A stretch of DNA of 31,257 nucleotides, taken from the IMG/VR virus record IMGVR_UViG_3300017721_000436, positions 1 through 31,257 of that record; one strand, given 5' to 3'. Shown here in pieces: positions 27,301 to 31,257 of the stretch. Position numbers and translations under genes: made by a program. This DNA is from a virus. Lineage: Duplodnaviria; Caudoviricetes. Below the pieces are notes generated by a model, which made no database searches, had not been told where the DNA came from, and saw only the letters and a list, made by a program, of their open reading frames with translations. The first letter of the stretch is position 1; every line of letters begins with the position of its first letter.

Positions 27301-29604
27301 GTTGAAGCTAGAGGCGCTGAAGACGTATTCATACTTACAGCTCGCCCTGCAGACGCTGCTGGTCCTATTAAAGAATTTATGGATGCGCTTGGGGTTAACT
27401 TACCTATAGAAAATATTGTAGGTTTAGGCAACGGCACGCCGCAAGCTAAAGCTAGATGGATGACGAGTAAAGCTGCTGAAGGTTACAATGACTTTTTCTT
27501 TGTAGATGATGCGTATAAAAATGTTAAAGCAGTACAAGACGCGTTAGATGTATTTGATGTTAAATCTAAAACGCAACAAGCTAAAGTTAAATTTAGTATT
27601 AGTAAAGATTTAGATAAAGGTTTTAATGATATACTGGAAAACAAAACAGGTATAGCATCTGAAAAAGAATATGGTAGAGTAAAAGCTGAAGTAGCTGGAG
27701 CTGGTAAAGGTAGATTAAACTTTTTTATACCACCATCTGCTGAAGACTTTGTAGGTTTGCTATACGCTACGCTTGGCAAGGGTAAGTTAGGTGATCAACA
27801 AATGGCATGGTATAAAACTCATTTGTTAAACCCATACGCTAGAGCTATGAACGAATTATCGTCAGCTCGTATAGCCATGATGAATGATTACAAGCAGCTT
27901 AAAAAACAATTAGAAATAGTACCTAAGGATTTACGCAAGAAAGTTCCAGGCGAACCGTTTACCCGTGAGCAAGCTGTACGCGTGTATATATGGAATAAAC
28001 AAGGTATGTCTATACCTGGAATAAGTAAAAAAGATCAAGCTGATCTTAGCAAGTATGTAAGCGATAATGCTGAACTACAGGTGTTTGCTGATAGACTTAT
28101 TGCTATACAAAAAGGCGATCAGTACGCAGCGCCAAAAGAAGGTTGGCCAGCGGGTACAATAACTACTGATATGCTTGAAGGTTTAAACACTATCAAACGA
28201 GCTAAGTATTTAGAGCAGTGGCAGCAAAATGCAGATGTTATATTCTCTGAAAAGAACCTAAACAAACTTGAAGCTGCTTATGGTAAACCATATCGCTTAG
28301 CTATGGAGAATATGCTGCAGCGTATGAAGTCTGGTCGTAACAGAAACTTCCAAGGCGATACACTTACAGGTAGATTTACAGACTGGGTTACAGGTAGTAT
28401 AGGTACAATAATGTTCTTTAATACAAGATCAGCATTGCTTCAAACTATATCTAGTATTAACTTTGTTAACTTTACTGACAACAATGTGCTAGCAGCGGGT
28501 AAAGCTTTTGCAAACCAGAAACAATTTTGGTCTGACTTTATGACACTTATGAACTCTGACTTCTTGAAAGAACGTCGTGGTGGTTTACGTATTAACGTAA
28601 GTGAAGCTGATATTGCAGACATGGCTAAAAAAGGTGGTGCTAAAGGTGTTATAAATAAACTACTTGAGTTTGGTTTTACGCCAACACAAATAGCAGATAG
28701 CTTTGCTATAGCATCAGGTGGCTCAGCGTTTTACCGTAATCGTATTAAAACTTACAAAAAACAAGGTATGACAGATGCTGAAGCTGAAGCTCAAGCGTTT
28801 GTAGACTTTAGAGAGACAGCAGAAGAGTCGCAACAGTCGTCAAGACCTGATAGAATATCAATGCAACAAGCAGGTCCACTAGGACGTCTTGTATTAGCTT
28901 TTGCTAATACACCGGCTCAGTATGCTAGACTTATAAAGAAAGCTGCTAGCGATCTTAAGAATGGCCGAGGCGATGCTAAGACTAATATAAGTAAAATTAT
29001 ATACTACGGTGTAGCGCAGAACTTATTGTTTAATGCGCTGCAACAAGCTTTGTTTGCGTTTGCGTTTGATGATGATGAGGAAGATACAGAAGAGCAGCAG
29101 AAAAAATATGTTGGTATAGCCAATGGTATGATGGACTCACTGCTAAGAGGTATGGGATTAGGCGGCGCTGTAGTTTCAGTAGGTAAAAATGCTATCATAC
29201 GAATTATAAACGAGATGGAAAAGAAACAGCCTAAGCTTGAAAAAGTAGGTTATGAAATTACTAAACTATCTCCACCTATATCTGCTAAGCTATCGCGCGT
29301 AAATCAAGCTGCAAGATCTTATCAGTGGGATAAAAAAGAAATGAAAGAGAAAGGTTGGAGCTTAGATAATCCAGCTTACTTAGCAAGTGCTAATGTTATA
29401 GCAGCTCTTACTAATATACCACTCGATAGAGCTGTAAAGAAAACCAATAACGTGGTACAAGCTACATCACAAGACTTAGAAACTTGGGAACGCTTAGCAT
29501 TACTAGGTGGTTGGCAAGACTGGGAAATTGGTATTGAAGAAGAAAAACCTGCTAACAAACCTAGCACTAGAAAAACAAGACAAAGAAGAAAACAAAAAAG
29601 ATAA
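21316..29604 (+). CDS. Giant putative ejection / polyvalent protein: zincin peptidase, sigma-70-like segment, unknown domain, HAD phosphatase, helical C-terminal domain
   Basis: 2762 aa. HEVLH at 24316-24330 with downstream EE at 24475-24480. Sigma region-2-like stretch at 24781-25020 and HTH-like stretch at 25561-25650. HAD motifs FDFDDTL (27097-27117), ILTARP, K and FVDD (27499-27510). Gly/Ala-rich hydrophobic helices in the N-terminal third. Confidence 0.8.
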   Translation: MEELEVIVQRMIDAGESEQNIKAVIQEYNAGKTNGAAAKGATATPKTGQAPESSGLGLEDSSSGLNIEDFLVTIDDLKDSETNVVTNLNDKLSRLGLSSYTTTNIGSTDAIKIRKSGDKVASDYMSEALDVIGLGDFVMPSGTLLDVFDSSKVGSDKSDEELKESADKLNEYIRENANLSYTKEAKNKFGEKYKKEFLPYVEPEDLSNQELQSNYKNNLIDKFKKLESDTTKKLGVNKEFRGQDLTITEKDFDNKKDFDQYKKYKEGNPLENLSEDELAIYDAERKAEYVKQRGAKYASNLNKSDRLALQALQADDIENIKLSAESFKNLSTKYDGQLSSYENSLAAYEANPTLLTFKAAENNFQNLLATQNSLQDLQNKVEKENLEEKASIIPITIQEFNKNYNRMLQLRSNFKNLGTSISYPLAQLSMMGVKNYDEAIEETFGVVSTYQEMQEELASYQTTIGVDEIKDLDDAGRWVASSTTNLIPSLAMATTGSAALPLFFLSGAGGSGLDLAVRKKDAAERIISNRSRLESGEVTDSFEINAIEQEIAEDTKTLGISTLRGVTNQALAGIAEVAFERIGTIAILKGIKQGIKGLPKETIKDGFKFAGKQLLKGSAQEGASELGTTLVQNWGDIYILGEDKNIFEGGLESFAQGALMGAGLGSVNGFKAVSQGIASEAATKEEIRNSKEVLDKLRKLTGRPEIQSPDDIKLMNLDLSPEIKSMVDQLTGEANNVTNGIFERISSGDLSLEQLYQVGEVNRKMRKINNRLMNASMSNATPAQLKAFKSQLESEYNQLANEREAILTNESTLAKNRKQINETAVAFESQQGYAMYDATMRMQNATNIAKEYSNLSEKSKQIGYDTALEDLITEGVEAPTIEQIKEKAFENYNVEINTELINKGEKNAKAFAEANGLNLNIQVFEGSLEERKAALVEAYLANRATSEFDGTPISQEQLNSDLKSFQNKIDSGEFEAVNVGGTILVDKTNSIKKGRVGVFAHEVLHSYAAEKFGSKNVNQAGEALINYLKRYDPDFSALIEERIGIYEGRSDYFEEAMNAMSDLLADGVGVTEATTDRLRGFVNNLLKPLGSKFQFKTNQGADVLRFIKNYNAQAHFGKEGTAEDTVGGDFTGESFSRSRLNELARDYKKGKIQADNAELIKQYKRLALSGPGLNFQGYKSREASQQGLKAIKKEDAESFVMEYLPGLLQRYNPENAFSTLVIANINPKRQKFYQEEIGDEDVTTRMSDERVGEIADEGPAPFETVAEADADFKLVDSIKIDGQPLSKETKDKIREFVTEQTQGKDPFNDKFRKEVLKPDTAFVNFIKQEILGGRSLQDYRQFIRQNPKFIKGLGIGSLVRFDTGLTKQGKPKLFTEFNRRLTKQKEIEKFMMQGRVAYVTPQQMKAGADLYNRLKPTETQLANFLTGGTAQTVSNRKTAIAKAIATKFIAEATPSTQAFQSKPLAEQAKMAEKLQVSPTAKFAISKRAKFDKETLVKVTEARDINKVLKILGLESASINDENRAIVQQAFKEAIEKYKLTPRVFLAGSFGSSGAQNTRRSNGDVYYKLTNGQEIKGVPRLDSEGNQKRNINGKKLFNPPTAKQVQDKFVEEVSLVAARGRLYYGVKDPAYIAALKSAENNLDNKKEDKAKRIPIKLVDTAKGRDQAKTNMLVLEDVINQLDKAVKAGMPVELASMVIAQGYQATTGLIKIAAPFRYFSKNLQYGTSAKQKTGDKFREEHNPPASVVGASIIYGFATNNTSEIIADIKKNYYQTKLSKADDQRLDDARLDATLPTGTTIADNSAIRFIEAGIDLNSIVNYETGQTMAEELGVVLKPSDVNPDTIFDQNEILKTVLDGTITAKAGQDLLNEIAKLKSVPQASNKNNKENSVISYSISKPNPEVLNNLDNADKAMTNARNPEAPVKKIRVFDFDDTLARSNSKVLYEMPDGTEGSLSATQFAERAGELESQGATFDFAEFSKVVDGKKGPVFKAIENIVEARGAEDVFILTARPADAAGPIKEFMDALGVNLPIENIVGLGNGTPQAKARWMTSKAAEGYNDFFFVDDAYKNVKAVQDALDVFDVKSKTQQAKVKFSISKDLDKGFNDILENKTGIASEKEYGRVKAEVAGAGKGRLNFFIPPSAEDFVGLLYATLGKGKLGDQQMAWYKTHLLNPYARAMNELSSARIAMMNDYKQLKKQLEIVPKDLRKKVPGEPFTREQAVRVYIWNKQGMSIPGISKKDQADLSKYVSDNAELQVFADRLIAIQKGDQYAAPKEGWPAGTITTDMLEGLNTIKRAKYLEQWQQNADVIFSEKNLNKLEAAYGKPYRLAMENMLQRMKSGRNRNFQGDTLTGRFTDWVTGSIGTIMFFNTRSALLQTISSINFVNFTDNNVLAAGKAFANQKQFWSDFMTLMNSDFLKERRGGLRINVSEADIADMAKKGGAKGVINKLLEFGFTPTQIADSFAIASGGSAFYRNRIKTYKKQGMTDAEAEAQAFVDFRETAEESQQSSRPDRISMQQAGPLGRLVLAFANTPAQYARLIKKAASDLKNGRGDAKTNISKIIYYGVAQNLLFNALQQALFAFAFDDDEEDTEEQQKKYVGIANGMMDSLLRGMGLGGAVVSVGKNAIIRIINEMEKKQPKLEKVGYEITKLSPPISAKLSRVNQAARSYQWDKKEMKEKGWSLDNPAYLASANVIAALTNIPLDRAVKKTNNVVQATSQDLETWERLALLGGWQDWEIGIEEEKPANKPSTRKTRQRRKQKR

Positions 29605-29606
29605 TC

Positions 29607-29759
29607 ATGGGATCACCACTATACGGAAAAATAAGCGGACCTTGTAAGGCTGCGGCAAAAAAGAAATTTAAAGTATGGCCATCGGCTTACGCTTCAGGTT
29701 GGGGCGTGCGTTGTACTAAAGCTGGTGGACCTAGTAAATTTGGTAATAAGAAAAAGTAA
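29607..29759 (+). CDS. Small basic protein (50 aa), not in the ORF track
   Basis: MGSPLYGKISGPCKAAAKKKFKVWPSAYASGWGVRCTKAGGPSKFGNKKK. Starts 2 nt after the previous stop and is TAATG-coupled to the next ORF. KFKVWPSAYAS resembles a motif in marine phage hypotheticals. Confidence 0.75.
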   Translation: MGSPLYGKISGPCKAAAKKKFKVWPSAYASGWGVRCTKAGGPSKFGNKKK

Positions 29760-29935
29760 TGGCTAAAGCGTATAGAGGAGTTTTAAAAGCTCGTATAAAT
29801 AAACTATACGGAGGTGATGTTACTTGTAGTAAAGTTAAGAAACTAAAAACCAGACGTGAAGCTACTAGCAGAGATAAGCAGCTTGCTAATTGGTTTATAA
29901 ATATGCAAGATTGTAATGGCAAAAGAAAAGCTTGA
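29759..29935 (+). CDS. Small basic protein (58 aa), not in the ORF track
   Basis: MAKAYRGVLKARINKLYGGDVTCSKVKKLKTRREATSRDKQLANWFINMQDCNGKRKA. Coupled start; fills the gap between neighbours. Confidence 0.7.
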   Translation: MAKAYRGVLKARINKLYGGDVTCSKVKKLKTRREATSRDKQLANWFINMQDCNGKRKA

Positions 29936-30152
29936 GTGGAAAGACTCTGACGCGCCAGACGCTAATGGTAAGTTTAAAGATTTAAACTGTAGTGACTTAG
30001 CTAGCTGGTTAATTAAAAGTCGTAAAGGAAATAAAAAGAAAATTGTTGGTAGTTTAAATCAGCAAATAGCTTTTAATAAAAAGAAAAATCCTAGCTACGC
30101 TAAAAAAATGGCGTGTGCTAGAAACAAGGCAATGAAAAAACTAGACAAATGA
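29916..30152 (+). CDS. Small basic hypothetical protein
   Basis: 78 aa, Lys-rich, two Cys; ATGA overlap with the next gene. Confidence 0.7.
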   Translation: MAKEKLEWKDSDAPDANGKFKDLNCSDLASWLIKSRKGNKKKIVGSLNQQIAFNKKKNPSYAKKMACARNKAMKKLDK

Positions 30153-30556
30153 GAAAGTTAAACGAAAGTCCCTTAGCACATTGCTACGCTAGTGTGCTAC
30201 ACAACCCAGAGACTAATAAGATGAGGCAAAGAGTTTCAGCTTATGGTGTTGGTACTGGCAACGATAAAGCTTTATCTAATGCAGCTGAGCTTAGGTCACC
30301 GCTGAATAAAAAATCTAAAGTAAAAGGTGGAGGCACTAAGAAAGTTTGCTTGCCTGCTTCAAAGGTAAGATCAATGAGTAAAGCTGAAAAAGATAAAGTA
30401 GTTAGAGCTAAAAGATCTGCAGCTAAAAAAGGAGATTATAAACGCTCTAGTAAATCAAACGTAAAAGGTGCTCGTAAGAAAGGAGCTACATTACGTGATT
30501 GGTTTGAAAGTGAAAATTGGATTAACGTTGCAACAGGAAAGCCATGCGGAGATTAA
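30149..30556 (+). CDS. Basic hypothetical protein
   Basis: 135 aa, Lys/Arg-rich; motifs KVCLPASKVRSMSKAEK and LRDWFESENWINVATGKPCG. Confidence 0.75.
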   Translation: MRKLNESPLAHCYASVLHNPETNKMRQRVSAYGVGTGNDKALSNAAELRSPLNKKSKVKGGGTKKVCLPASKVRSMSKAEKDKVVRAKRSAAKKGDYKRSSKSNVKGARKKGATLRDWFESENWINVATGKPCGD

Positions 30557-30621
30557 TAGATAAATTACAAGCAGCTTGGAATAGTTTATTATACAGGCTT
30601 ATGTTTAAGAAATATAGATAA
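30544..30621 (+). CDS. Possible 25-aa amphipathic peptide
   Basis: MRRLIDKLQAAWNSLLYRLMFKKYR; overlaps the previous stop; last ORF before the terminator. Confidence 0.4.
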   Translation: MRRLIDKLQAAWNSLLYRLMFKKYR

Positions 30622-30660
30622 GGAACAAAAATAAACTGGGCGTACCATACCCAAAAGTTC

Positions 30661-30707
30661 CTGTAACCGAAGGGGATCTCATAGCGAGGTCCCCTTCTTT
30701 TTTACAG
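30661..30707 (+). terminator. Rho-independent terminator between convergent late and replication modules
   Basis: GAAGGGGATCTC-ATAGC-GAGGTCCCCTTC followed by TTTTTT; outer CTGTAA/TTACAG can also pair; abuts the nrdA stop at 30708. Confidence 0.88.
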
Positions 30708-31257
30708 TTATCCGTCGCAAGCAGCACAGTAAGGATCCATGGCTTGCTTAGCAATGTCACCACGTAGTACTGATTCAGTGCGCATATAGTACAAGGTCTT
30801 GATACCTTTCTTCCAAGCATCCATGTGAACCTGGTTGATCCACTTAGGTGTAGCCTCTGAAGGAAACGCTAGGTTTAAACTAACTGATTGATCTATATAC
30901 TGCTGGCGTATACCAGCTTGATTAACAAGCTCTAGTTGATTAATCTCTTTGAAAGTTTTAAACACGTTCTTAACTTTATCAAAGCCTGTAGTTTCTAAAT
31001 CATCTTGTTCAGATAATACTACTAGCTTTTTATTAACATAGCCATAGTCATCTAATGGTAGGTCTTGTATGCTACCACCATCAGCCATTATCTTATCCCA
31101 AGTTTCTTTAGTATTTAACCCGGCTTTTCTTAATACTTTTTCGAGCTCTTTGTTCTTCCTAATGAACGTACCCTTCGCGCTTTGTTCAGTGAAAACATTA
31201 GCGGCCCAAGGCTCAATACCAGGACTAACATTACCGGCAAGCTTACTATTAGACACA
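30708..31257 (-). CDS. nrdA: Ribonucleoside-diphosphate reductase class I alpha subunit, C-terminal part (runs off the window)
   Basis: VSNSKLAGNVSPGIEP, RQQYIDQSVSLN, KGIKTLYYMR (tandem Tyr radical relay) and the C-terminal CAACDG redox pair. Confidence 0.92.
   Translation of the reverse strand, partial: VSNSKLAGNVSPGIEPWAANVFTEQSAKGTFIRKNKELEKVLRKAGLNTKETWDKIMADGGSIQDLPLDDYGYVNKKLVVLSEQDDLETTGFDKVKNVFKTFKEINQLELVNQAGIRQQYIDQSVSLNLAFPSEATPKWINQVHMDAWKKGIKTLYYMRTESVLRGDIAKQAMDPYCAACDG

Noticed and set aside
1451-29922. Short minus-strand ORFs (60-99 aa) antisense to structural genes, and 14594..14863 on the + strand
   Set aside because: Shadow ORFs with Ser/Phe/Leu/Ile-rich composition expected from the codon bias of the real genes.
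30605-30820. 71-aa minus-strand ORF overlapping the nrdA end
   Set aside because: It spans the terminator hairpin and overlaps nrdA out of frame; there is no support for translation.
1-31257. CRISPR array, tRNA, integrase, intron/intein or diversity-generating retroelement
   Set aside because: By eye I found no regular DNA repeats, cloverleaf, recombinase or reverse transcriptase motifs, and terL appears uninterrupted. Subtle TR/VR pairs or small RNAs could be missed without computation.

Overview
The window is the virion-morphogenesis module of a large, AT-rich, podovirus-type dsDNA phage. Gene order and motifs resemble crAss-like and marine Flavobacteriia phages, and the SD-less, A/T-rich start regions suggest a Bacteroidota host. 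The + strand carries, in order: the end of a tail fibre with an auto-cleaving chaperone, small hypotheticals, a tandem GroES-like co-chaperonin, putative small and large terminase, portal, an acidic scaffold-like protein, the major capsid protein, a frameshifted post-capsid gene, two ring/tail-tube proteins, a tail stabilisation protein split into two genes, three putative ejection proteins and a cluster of small basic Cys-containing proteins. A strong terminator follows, then the convergent 3' end of a class I ribonucleotide reductase alpha gene. The most striking observation is the 2762-aa putative ejection protein (21316..29604), which reads as a polyprotein. A zincin HExxH peptidase is followed by four recurring (F/Y)-(S/A)-(I/R)-S-(K/R) linker motifs. 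These bracket (i) a ~350-aa segment with sigma-70 region-2-like and region-4 HTH-like motifs, (ii) an unknown ~410-aa segment and (iii) a complete HAD phosphatase. My inference is a virion-injected, self-processed sigma factor and effector cargo in place of the virion RNA polymerase of canonical crAss-like phages. All domain calls are by eye and need HMM or structure confirmation.
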